Below are positions 55,051 through 63,419 of a stretch of DNA of 64,000 nt, one piece after another (the stretch's first letter is position 1; each line of letters opens with the position of its first letter). The position numbers were made by a program, and so were the translations under genes. The DNA lies in IMG/VR virus record IMGVR_UViG_3300036715_003906, positions 62,001 to 126,000 of that record; one strand, written 5' to 3'. Under the pieces are notes generated by a model. It was not told where the DNA came from. It made no database searches and was given only the letters and a program-made list of their open reading frames with translations.

Positions 55051-58000
55051 TTAGAAACAAGGGGTTGATTTTGTCTTATGCTGTGCTAAGAGTCGGGCGC
55101 GCAGGTTGAAGGTCAGGATAAGGTACAGCAGGGGGAAGACCGGCTGGTAGTACGCCTCGAACCGCAGCACCGTGGGGTCATCGGGGTCGATGGCCGAGCT
55201 GACCCCGCTGAAGGCCGCGATGATCTCCGCCTGGATGAGCTGCCGGAGGAGGCCGGTCATCGAGACGTTGACCTCGTTCGTCCGGCTCGCCAGGAACTTG
55301 GTCCCGACGAAGGAGTCGAGGAGGAGCCGCGACTGCTGCTGCACGAAGTCCGCGATCTGCGTGACCGTGGGCGTCCGGGTCAGGATGTTGTCCATCCGGG
55401 TCGTGAGGCCGTGGCGGATACGGATGATCGGGTCGAGGTCCTCCAGCACCGTGACGCCCGCGACCGCCGTCTGGTTGGCCTCGACGGCGTCCAGGATGCG
55501 GGGGATGCGGGTGATGCCGAGGAGCTTCCGCCGATCGTAGGGTGTCGCCACGTCGACCGCGGGGCTCACGACCGCCCCCGAGAGGGCCGCCGCGAACACC
55601 GTGCCGTCCGTGAGCTGCTCGAAGTTCTGCCCCAGCTCATCCGTGAGGGTGATCACGGACGAATCGGGGTAGAGGGCGATGATCCGGTTGCTCGCCATGG
55701 CCCGCGCCACCGTCTGGGCGTTCTGGGGGCTCGTCCCGGAGGCGAAGCCAATGAAGCCGAGGCGCTCGCTCTGGTGGAGCGTGTCGCTCATCACCTCGAC
55801 GTGCCGGGTCAGGTACGAGTAGATCGCCGTGGTCGTCCCGAGGGGCACGAGGACGTCCGGCCGGATGTTCCCGGGCAGGGGGGTCCCCAGCTCATCGATC
55901 GCCGTGATGAAGTCCCGGTCCGACGCCTGGCTCGTGCCGGGAACCTTGAGCACCTGCTTGACCCCGACGAGCAGGGAGCCGTTGGTGATCGCCAGGTAGG
56001 CCGCGAGGCTCACCCGGTTCTCCGCCGACACCCGGCCGTAGTTGGCCTCGATGGTCTTGAGCTGCCGGAAGATCCGGGTGTCGAAGCCCTGCTTCATGTA
56101 GTTGTAGCTGACGTAGTACACGTCACCCACAGCCGGCTCGACACCCCCGGGGTTGAAGGTCTGGAGGGTCGAGGTGTCGTTCACCGCCACCCCCACCGTG
56201 TTGCTCACCGTCAGCTCCAGGCCGGGGACCGCGTAGCCGGGGCGGGCGGGGTCAACCTGGAAGGTGGGGCTCACCGTGAGGGTGAAGCTCCCGGCGTTGG
56301 CGTAGGACCCGACCTGCGAGGGCAGGACCGAGAAGCGGAGGCCCGTGGCGGGGTCCGTGTAGGTCTGCCCCGGGACGCCCGTCCCCGCGGAGCCCGCGGG
56401 GTGGGTCGAGGTGACCGTGTAGATCTGCTGGGCATCCTCGCCGACATCCCCGTCCGTCGCCGGGGTGACGCCCACGCCCGTCGAGATGTTGAAGGCGCTG
56501 TTCGAGGAGGTGGCAAACCCCACGCTGCTCGTCGACAGGCCCGTCGTCAGGGACTCGATCGTGAGGTAGGTCTGCCCGTTGATCGTGGCGGCGTAGGCGA
56601 CGCCCGCCGCGGTGAAGCCCGCCGTCGTCATGAGGACGTCGACCACCTCGCCCGGGGTGACCATCGTCTGACCCGCCGCGTCGCCCTGCGTGAAGCCGAG
56701 GACGTCGTTGGCGTTGCCGTCGAGGATGGTCAGGGACGAGCCGGGGTCGTTCGTCGGGCTCGTGAGCCGCAGGTGGTTCAGGTTACCGAGGGTCCCGACC
56801 GAGGCGACGCCCGAGAGCCCGGCGATGGCGTTGATCGCCACGGCGACCGCCGAGGTGGCGACCGCCGCTCCCGCGGGCAGCGTCATCTGGTAGTCGGTCC
56901 CGTTCATGCGGAACTTGAACGTGTCGTTCAGGCCCGCCGTGATGGCGAAGGTGCCCGCCAGGCTCCCGAGGAGGGTCGAGGGCTTGTTGACGGCCCCCGG
57001 CGTCCCCACGGCCGACTGGAAGGGCGCGAAGCCCAGCGTGGCCTCGGCCGTGCCCGGGTTGACCTTGGCCGTGGAGACGACGTCAAAACCGCCGGGGAGC
57101 GCGCCGGGCGTCGTCGTGCTGGTGACGATGAAGAAGAGGTCGCCCGTCGAGCCGCCGATCTGGACGAAGCTCGCCACCGAAGACCCGACCTCGACGTTGA
57201 TGTCCGAGACGATCTGGGTCGGCGTCCGGTTGCCCGCCGTCAGCGTCACGGGGATGACCGTGTCGTCCACGACCAGGTTGAGGACGTCGTTGACCGTGGC
57301 CGTGATCGTGATCTTGCCCGCGTCGGGCCCGGTCTGGATCGGGGTCACATGACCGCCGACCAGGACCGCGGGGGACGCCGTCGCGAGGTTGCTCGTGATC
57401 GTCGACCCGTTCAGCCGCGTGGCCCAGGTGGCCGAGTAGGGGGTGTAGAAGCTGTACGGCCCCGCGCCCTTGATCGTGTAGGCCGCGTTCTTGGCGACGG
57501 CCTGCCCGAAGGTGACCGTCACCGTCTCGCTCACCGGCGTCCCGGTGCCCGCGTGGAAAGCGTCGGGGATCTGCTCGACCCCCCGGGGCCACTGGACAAT
57601 CTGGGGCAGGGCCGACTTGGTCCCGAAGCGCACCTGGTAGAGCGGCGCATCGAGGGTCGTCGAGAAGACCTCGTACTGCCCGACGCCAACCGGACCCGCC
57701 ACCTTGTTGGTCAGCAGGTAGGTGTCATCGACGATCCGGTTGTAGTAGAAGGTCGCGAAGGCCGTCCAGTCCGGGGGGACCGCCGCCGCGAGGGTGAGGA
57801 GACGGCTCGCGCCGTCCACCTTGAGCACCTTGACGGGGGGACGGTTCAGGGCGTCCCGCAGGTTCCGACCCACCCGCACGACCACGAGGTCGGGGCGGTT
57901 CGTGATGACGTCCTGCTTGACGTTGGTGACCGAGGAGTAGAGGGACACCCCGAGCTGCGTGTCCCGGCCGTTCCCCGTGGTGGGGATCTCGGGCATCACG

Positions 58001-59334
58001 AACTGGGTCGCCGAGACCGTCGCCGGAATCGTCGTGCTGTCGATGAGGCGGCTGCACTGGGCGAGGTACATCTTCTCGTCCACGAGCTGGCCGGTCACCT
58101 GCGAGGAGCCGAAGGGCTCGGCCCCCGGGGTCGTCGTGGCCGGGGCCACGAGCCAGCTCGTCCCCCAGTGAATGACCGAGACGTCAGGCGAGGGGTTCAG
58201 GATGACGAAGTCCTGCCCCTGGATGTAGTCGGCCCGCGAGGGGGCGATGCCGCACCGGTCGACCGAGGTGACCAGGGTGTTCGGCAGGTAGTCGAAGGTG
58301 TCCTGCCAGGTGTTCGCCCAGTAGGTCACCGTGACCGTGCTGCCCATGGCCGGGGCGTAGGGGAGGGTGACCGCCCCGTTGGCCCCGTCCACCGCCGACG
58401 GGATGACCTGGGACCCGTTGACCTTGACGACCACCTTGCTCGTGTCGGTCGTCGTGAGGCCCGAGCCCGTGCCGTCCACGATGGGCCGGTTGAAGACCGT
58501 GAAGGTCGCGTTCCGGTTCGTGACCGTGAAGCTCGTGAAGCCGAGGGGGCCGTTGGCCGTCCCGTCCTGGACCTCCAGACTCTGGGTCGCCGTGAACATG
58601 ACGTGGTTCTCCCCATGCCCGTCCATGTACACGGACGTCGAGAAGTTGGGGAGCAGGAGGGCGTCGAACTGCGCCTTGACCCCCGAGGCCGTGAGGTTGC
58701 CCGCCGTCAGCGTCAAGGTCCGGGCCACCCCGTTGACCTTGAACTTGAAGATGTCGTTCGACCCGGCGACGATCACGAAGGGCTCGAAGCCCGGCGTCGT
58801 CAGGGTGGCGACCGCCCCCGTCACCTGCGAGGAGACGTCATCCGTGAAGCTCGTGTCGCCCCGGTGGAAGTAGTACGTCGCCCGCACCAGGTCCGTCGGC
58901 TGCGTCGGAATCTGGAGCGTGATGAGCCCCTTCTGCCCCGACACCCCGCCGAGAGCCACCGGCACCCCGTTGACCGTGACGCTCACCGACCGGATATCGT
59001 TCGTCACGCGGCCGAACCCCTGCCCATCGACGATGGGGTTGTTCTTCACGCGGAACGTCACGTAGGTCCCGTTCTGGGCCCCGAGGATCAGCTTGGCCGG
59101 GTTGGCGGCGTCCACCACCCACGAAACAGAAACGTCCTCGTTGACGATCTGCTGGTCGACCGTCGAGGACGAACCCCGGACGATCTCCACGTTGAACTGC
59201 GACAGCTCTTGCTGACCGACCCCGATCTCGACCGGGATACGAAGGCCCGCCACGAGGTTCGAGGCGTTGGCGTCCGTGAGGGTCCGGGAGTAAACGCCGG
59301 GGGGAACGTAGGTGACAAAGGGTCCGACGGACAT
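55051..59334 (-). CDS. Contractile tail sheath protein with many inserted domains, 1427 aa
   Basis: N-terminal YVPPGVY. C-terminal sheath core 'IRIRHGLTT...TVTQIADFVQQQ...FVG.K...YYQPVFPLLYLILTFNL'. Confidence 0.9.
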   Translation of the reverse strand: MSVGPFVTYVPPGVYSRTLTDANASNLVAGLRIPVEIGVGQQELSQFNVEIVRGSSSTVDQQIVNEDVSVSWVVDAANPAKLILGAQNGTYVTFRVKNNPIVDGQGFGRVTNDIRSVSVTVNGVPVALGGVSGQKGLITLQIPTQPTDLVRATYYFHRGDTSFTDDVSSQVTGAVATLTTPGFEPFVIVAGSNDIFKFKVNGVARTLTLTAGNLTASGVKAQFDALLLPNFSTSVYMDGHGENHVMFTATQSLEVQDGTANGPLGFTSFTVTNRNATFTVFNRPIVDGTGSGLTTTDTSKVVVKVNGSQVIPSAVDGANGAVTLPYAPAMGSTVTVTYWANTWQDTFDYLPNTLVTSVDRCGIAPSRADYIQGQDFVILNPSPDVSVIHWGTSWLVAPATTTPGAEPFGSSQVTGQLVDEKMYLAQCSRLIDSTTIPATVSATQFVMPEIPTTGNGRDTQLGVSLYSSVTNVKQDVITNRPDLVVVRVGRNLRDALNRPPVKVLKVDGASRLLTLAAAVPPDWTAFATFYYNRIVDDTYLLTNKVAGPVGVGQYEVFSTTLDAPLYQVRFGTKSALPQIVQWPRGVEQIPDAFHAGTGTPVSETVTVTFGQAVAKNAAYTIKGAGPYSFYTPYSATWATRLNGSTITSNLATASPAVLVGGHVTPIQTGPDAGKITITATVNDVLNLVVDDTVIPVTLTAGNRTPTQIVSDINVEVGSSVASFVQIGGSTGDLFFIVTSTTTPGALPGGFDVVSTAKVNPGTAEATLGFAPFQSAVGTPGAVNKPSTLLGSLAGTFAITAGLNDTFKFRMNGTDYQMTLPAGAAVATSAVAVAINAIAGLSGVASVGTLGNLNHLRLTSPTNDPGSSLTILDGNANDVLGFTQGDAAGQTMVTPGEVVDVLMTTAGFTAAGVAYAATINGQTYLTIESLTTGLSTSSVGFATSSNSAFNISTGVGVTPATDGDVGEDAQQIYTVTSTHPAGSAGTGVPGQTYTDPATGLRFSVLPSQVGSYANAGSFTLTVSPTFQVDPARPGYAVPGLELTVSNTVGVAVNDTSTLQTFNPGGVEPAVGDVYYVSYNYMKQGFDTRIFRQLKTIEANYGRVSAENRVSLAAYLAITNGSLLVGVKQVLKVPGTSQASDRDFITAIDELGTPLPGNIRPDVLVPLGTTTAIYSYLTRHVEVMSDTLHQSERLGFIGFASGTSPQNAQTVARAMASNRIIALYPDSSVITLTDELGQNFEQLTDGTVFAAALSGAVVSPAVDVATPYDRRKLLGITRIPRILDAVEANQTAVAGVTVLEDLDPIIRIRHGLTTRMDNILTRTPTVTQIADFVQQQSRLLLDSFVGTKFLASRTNEVNVSMTGLLRQLIQAEIIAAFSGVSSAIDPDDPTVLRFEAYYQPVFPLLYLILTFNLRARLLAQHKTKSTPCF

Positions 59335-59434
59335 GGAGTCTCCTGGTGAGAGCCTTTAGGGATGCGGGTGTGAGTGCGGGGCTCCCCGAAGGGGTCGGAT
59401 CTTGGTCTGGATGTGGGGACGGAAGAGGGGACGG

Positions 59435-59460
59435 GTCCGCCGCTTCACCCTGCGGCGGAC
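59435..59460 (-). other. 9-bp hairpin in the sheath 5' leader
   Basis: GTCCGCCGC-8nt-GCGGCGGAC, directly after a CTTCTATG motif (59461-59468). Confidence 0.6.
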
Positions 59461-59470
59461 CATAGAAGCC

Positions 59471-59935
59471 TTACCGGGCCTTCTGCTTCGCCCGGGCCCT
59501 GGCTTCCTCCCGGTGCGTGAGAAGGCTCGCCACGGCCTTGTGGGCCGTCTCCCGACGAGCCACGGCCCCTGTCGGCGTGAGGGTCTCGTACTCCGTCCAC
59601 CCGGGGCCATCGACCCTCCGGAGCTTGGGCGTCCCGCCCCCCGCCCGGGCCGCCTCCTTCACCTTGGCGCGGTCCCCGTAGTAGACCCAGCGACGGTCTG
59701 CATCCCGGCCCACCGCGTGGTCCGCCGTGGGGTAGTCGTCCTTGTGGACCCCGCTGTTACCCTCCTTCGCCTTGGGCGTCTCGAAGGCGAAGGCAAAGCC
59801 CTGGTCCTTGAAGAGCCGGGGGGCCTGCTCATGGCAGAGGGAGCAGGCATGGGACAGGTTCGGGCCCATCTTGAGGATGAGGTCGAACGTGAGCCCGCAG
59901 TCGGGGTTCTGGCACTCGAAAACGTACTTGGGCAT
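59471..59935 (-). CDS. FmdB-family zinc-ribbon protein, 154 aa
   Basis: MPKYVFECQNPDCG..F...CSLC...APRL. Confidence 0.8.
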   Translation of the reverse strand: MPKYVFECQNPDCGLTFDLILKMGPNLSHACSLCHEQAPRLFKDQGFAFAFETPKAKEGNSGVHKDDYPTADHAVGRDADRRWVYYGDRAKVKEAARAGGGTPKLRRVDGPGWTEYETLTPTGAVARRETAHKAVASLLTHREEARARAKQKAR

Positions 59936-59949
59936 GGGGTCTCCGATCT

Positions 59950-61110
59950 CTATTTGATGCGTTCGTAGCTGTGATTGCGGTTTGGCAAGACAGGGGCCGT
60001 CGCCGACGTGAGACCGAGGTGCAAGGCCCCCTCGACCCCCTGCGTACCGTCCTGGCGTTCCCCTGTCACCTTGCTGAACGTGAGGGGGAGCGGAATGTGG
60101 ACCTCCCAGTCCGCCCGGAACTGGATGCCCAGGCTGGCCGTGTAGAAGAAGAGGTCCCCCGTCTCGTCGTAGGACTCCTCCGCCGTCCCCCCGATGCTGA
60201 TGTCGAGTAGCTCGATGCCCTCGAACTCCAGGACCGGCTTCTTCTCGGCCGTGAGGGTCATGACCGCGAAGTCCGCGATCTCCTCCATCTGGATTGGATC
60301 CGTCGCGATCACGTCCACGTCGAAGGAAAGCTCGTACTTTCCCCCGTAGGCCATCGCTGCCTGGACCCTGTCCTGGTAGACGGACACGGCGACCTTGTCC
60401 CCCTTCCGGGCCCGCTTGCCGAAGGCCAGGACGACGCCGGGCAAGGTCAGGGCGTCGGACGTGTTCCAGTAGAACTCCTGGGGCCCGATGCTGTCCCCGG
60501 GGTAGCGGTAGTCGGCCGTGACCGTCGTCCCCCCAGGAAAGGCCGCCTGAAAGGTGATGGCCCCCTTGCCGTCCACCACGTAGTCCCGCCCCGGCTGCAT
60601 GAGCACCCGCTGGTTCAACCAGAGGCGTAGCGTCTTCGGGGCCGGCGCGTGACGGAGCTGGGCCGCCCGCTCCACCCCGGAGACGAAGCGCAAAACCGGC
60701 TCGTCCGTCACGGTGTAGAGGGGGTCGATGATATAGGTCCCCGGCGTCTGGGGCGTGTCAGGCGCCTCCAGGACCTCCAGGAAATAGACGCCCGGGGCCG
60801 TGGGCATGACGTCCCCCTTCTGCTGGACGACCGCCAGATCCTCCCGGACCCATTCGAGGGGGTACGACGGGGGGCCCACGTAGGACAGCATCGTCCGGGA
60901 GTGGATGGTCCCGACGAAGTTGTCCGCGGAGAGGACCACCTTGTTCGCGCTCGCCCCCTTGACCACAATGCCGAAGTGCGGCCTCTCCTCGAAGCTGTAC
61001 TTGTCCTGGATGAAGGGGACGATCTTCGCGTAAATCGGATGACGGCTGAAGCTGTCCTGAAGCTCGACGATCAGCCGCCGCTTCATCGACGAGAGCAGGT
61101 AGTAGTACAC
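59950..61110 (-). CDS. Putative tail completion/terminator (neck) protein, 386 aa
   Basis: Upstream of the sheath. C-terminal alpha/beta region 'SFDVDVIATDPIQMEEIAD...FYTASLGIQFRADW'. Confidence 0.5.
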   Translation of the reverse strand: MYYYLLSSMKRRLIVELQDSFSRHPIYAKIVPFIQDKYSFEERPHFGIVVKGASANKVVLSADNFVGTIHSRTMLSYVGPPSYPLEWVREDLAVVQQKGDVMPTAPGVYFLEVLEAPDTPQTPGTYIIDPLYTVTDEPVLRFVSGVERAAQLRHAPAPKTLRLWLNQRVLMQPGRDYVVDGKGAITFQAAFPGGTTVTADYRYPGDSIGPQEFYWNTSDALTLPGVVLAFGKRARKGDKVAVSVYQDRVQAAMAYGGKYELSFDVDVIATDPIQMEEIADFAVMTLTAEKKPVLEFEGIELLDISIGGTAEESYDETGDLFFYTASLGIQFRADWEVHIPLPLTFSKVTGERQDGTQGVEGALHLGLTSATAPVLPNRNHSYERIK

Positions 61111-61118
61111 GCCCCCCC

Positions 61119-61144
61119 GGGCGGCACAGGTAGTTTAGCCGCCC
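61119..61144 (-). other. 7-bp hairpin between the actin-like and tail-completion genes
   Basis: GGGCGGC-12nt-GCCGCCC, intergenic. Confidence 0.4.
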
Positions 61145-61154
61145 CCGGCCGCCC

Positions 61155-62162
61155 TCACTCCTCTTCGGAGGCGAGAACCAGGAGCCCCTCGGCGACCGCC
61201 GTCATCGGGTCCGAGGCGGGCACGATGTCGCTGACCTCGATGGGAAAGCCCTTCTTCTTGACCGCCTGGAACTCCTGCTTGAACACGTCGAGGAAGTTCT
61301 TGGCTCGCGTCGTGCCCCCCGAGACGACGAGCGGCACGGCCTCGGGCAAGTCGACCGCCGCCGTCCCCTTGCGCACGAAGTCCGCCGTCTGCTGGAGCGT
61401 GTAATGGACGAGCGACCGGATGTAGACGACCAGCGCCTCCTCCTCGCGCCCCTTGGGGTGGAGCAGGTCGACCCCCCGCTCCTTGATCGCGCAGACCTTG
61501 GCCGAGGTCGACCCGAGGGCCCGGGCCGTCTGGCTGTCGATCCAGTCCCCGCCCCGGGAGAGGCTGAACGCAAAGGCCGGCACCGTCTGGTAGGCCAGGG
61601 CGATGTTGGCCATCCCCGAGCCGTAGCTGATCGCCAGACCCGAGAAGGTCGAGCCCGCGCACTGGCTGTAGATGACCGCCTCCGCCTCGTTCTTCGGGTG
61701 CGCCGTGTACCCGAAGCCGCTCAGGATCTGGCGGAGGCTCTCCGTGTGGAAGATGACGTCCTGCCCCTCCTGATCCACCGGAGCCGCCGGGACGGAGTAG
61801 TAGCAGTGCTCCCCCTCGACCACGGGCTCCCCGATGACGTTGTGCAGGAGGTACGAGAGGATCTTCTGCGCGTCGAGTTCCCCCGCCGACACCACGCCCC
61901 GGGCGAGCGGCCTACGCAGGTCCCGCTTGAAGAGGTTGGCAAGCGTGAGGGCGCTGTCCCCGAGGACCAGGAGCTTGTCCCCCTCAACGATGTAGTCGAC
62001 CTTGCCCATCTTGAGCTGCTTCTTGGCCGACTCGTCGAGGTCGATGAAGCAGTCACGGATGCGCCGGATCGAGGTCTTGCCCCCCTCGGCCATCCGGGCC
62101 GAGACGAGGTTCATGGTTCCGATATCGAGGCCCACGCCGGGCCGGTTGAGGTCCTTGCTCAT
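61155..62162 (-). CDS. Actin-fold (MreB/FtsA/ParM-like) ATPase, 335 aa
   Basis: Phosphate-1 GLDIGTMNL, connect-1 NEAEAVIY, phosphate-2 variant ISYGSGMAN, adenosine VVSGGT, connect-2 DPMTAVAEG. Confidence 0.85.
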   Translation of the reverse strand: MSKDLNRPGVGLDIGTMNLVSARMAEGGKTSIRRIRDCFIDLDESAKKQLKMGKVDYIVEGDKLLVLGDSALTLANLFKRDLRRPLARGVVSAGELDAQKILSYLLHNVIGEPVVEGEHCYYSVPAAPVDQEGQDVIFHTESLRQILSGFGYTAHPKNEAEAVIYSQCAGSTFSGLAISYGSGMANIALAYQTVPAFAFSLSRGGDWIDSQTARALGSTSAKVCAIKERGVDLLHPKGREEEALVVYIRSLVHYTLQQTADFVRKGTAAVDLPEAVPLVVSGGTTRAKNFLDVFKQEFQAVKKKGFPIEVSDIVPASDPMTAVAEGLLVLASEEE

Positions 62163-62171
62163 ACCGGCCCC

Positions 62172-62849
62172 CTACACCGATCCGGGCTCCATCCTTTGCC
62201 GGAGCAGGTACGCCAGCTCCTCGTGCTTGTCCGCGATGCCTTGCAGCAGGTTGTCCAGGCCGGGCGTGAGCAGCCCCTTTTGCCGGAGCTGCCCGTACAC
62301 GAGGTCGAGCAAGACAAGGAAGCGCAGGAGAGCCCGGAAGCTCACCGCCACCGGGTCCGGAGCCGCCTCTTGCTTGTGGGGGCCGAGGTAGGATTCGAGG
62401 AAGACCCCCCGGGCATGGTGCTGCGGGAGTACCCCCACCAGCGCCGCCGACCCGAGGCCCACCGTCCGCTCTGCCAGGGCATCGACGAGGGCGTAGGTGT
62501 CGTCGTAGAGGCGCTGGAATAGCTCATGGTCGGCATAGAAGGCCGGCCCCTTGCTCTGCCAGTGGCTCCCCAGGTGAACGTCCACCTCGGCCCGTAGGGC
62601 CGCGAGGACCACGGCCAGCTCCGCCATCGGCACCCCGCCGAAGTCGGCGAGCAAGTGCGTGAGGATGATCTCCGCCTCGACCCCGGGCTGGGCCGCCATC
62701 CGGTGGACAAAGGACCACAGCCGGTGGCGATGAGGCGCCGTGGAGGCGCTCTTCGTCCGGGCGATGCGGGGTGCGGGCTTCCCGGGGAGGTAAGGAGGAC
62801 CGTCACGCAGTGCGTCGTACCCCAACTGATCCGTCCAGAGGTCAGGCAC
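62172..62849 (-). CDS. dps: Dps-like ferritin-fold protein with basic N-terminal extension, 225 aa
   Basis: HW...H...D...E with exact Dps spacing H-x11-H-x14-D-x3-E (SHWQSKGPAFYADHELFQRLYDDTYALVDALAER). C-terminal 'KHEELAYLL'. Confidence 0.8.
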   Translation of the reverse strand: MPDLWTDQLGYDALRDGPPYLPGKPAPRIARTKSASTAPHRHRLWSFVHRMAAQPGVEAEIILTHLLADFGGVPMAELAVVLAALRAEVDVHLGSHWQSKGPAFYADHELFQRLYDDTYALVDALAERTVGLGSAALVGVLPQHHARGVFLESYLGPHKQEAAPDPVAVSFRALLRFLVLLDLVYGQLRQKGLLTPGLDNLLQGIADKHEELAYLLRQRMEPGSV

Positions 62850-62852
62850 GAG

Positions 62853-63386
62853 TCACCCCCCCGTGCGAGCGGAGAGCTGGTCGGCGACGGCCCGGGCCTC
62901 GTCCGCGAGGGCCTCGATGGACCGGATGACCGGCCGGGCGTAGTCCACCGCCCCGATCCCGTGCGACTGGGCCAGGGCCTCCGCCGACGCTCGCCGCACC
63001 CGCTCGACGTCCGCCACACGAGCCGTGATGACCCCGAGGGCCGGGTGGTTCGGGGTGCGGAGGAAGTCGCCCGCCACCGCCTCTGGATCGAGACCCAGAT
63101 CGGCGGCCTTCTTCGCCTTGCCCTTGCCCTTGTCGGCCTTCTCGGCCTTGGCGTCCTCCTTCAGCTCCTTGCCCACGTCCCCCATGCTGACCTTCTCGGG
63201 CTTGGCCGAGAAGGTCTTGCCCGTGTACGGGGAGCGGACGCTCACCATCTTCTTCGGGAGGTAGAAGTCCTGCTTCGTTTCCGGGCAGGTATAGAGCCAG
63301 AGGGACGTGGCCGCGGTCTTGTCGTCGGCGGTCTTCTCGACAAGGAACTGGGCGAGATCAGCGAGGTGGGCTTGGCGGGGGTGCAT
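62853..63386 (-). CDS. Hypothetical protein, 177 aa
   Basis: GGAGGAG RBS; internal CPET..F / SPYTG..F pseudo-repeat; Lys/Ala-rich linker. Confidence 0.7.
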   Translation of the reverse strand: MHPRQAHLADLAQFLVEKTADDKTAATSLWLYTCPETKQDFYLPKKMVSVRSPYTGKTFSAKPEKVSMGDVGKELKEDAKAEKADKGKGKAKKAADLGLDPEAVAGDFLRTPNHPALGVITARVADVERVRRASAEALAQSHGIGAVDYARPVIRSIEALADEARAVADQLSARTGG

Positions 63387-63419
63387 GTCGTCTCCTCCAC
63401 ACCGGTGGGGAAAAGGACT

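Noticed and set aside
7725-59349. Very long plus-strand ORFs (e.g. 7725..12239, 17108..20470, 25521..31034, 34912..38148, 50275..53112, 55411..59349)
   Set aside because: They are antisense shadows of GC3-biased minus-strand genes: Arg/Gly/Pro-rich, motif-free and exactly overlapping real CDSs.
63405-63419. Promoter-motif copy before the 62853 gene (GTCCTTTTCCCC)
   Set aside because: It lacks the TAT core and was not counted.
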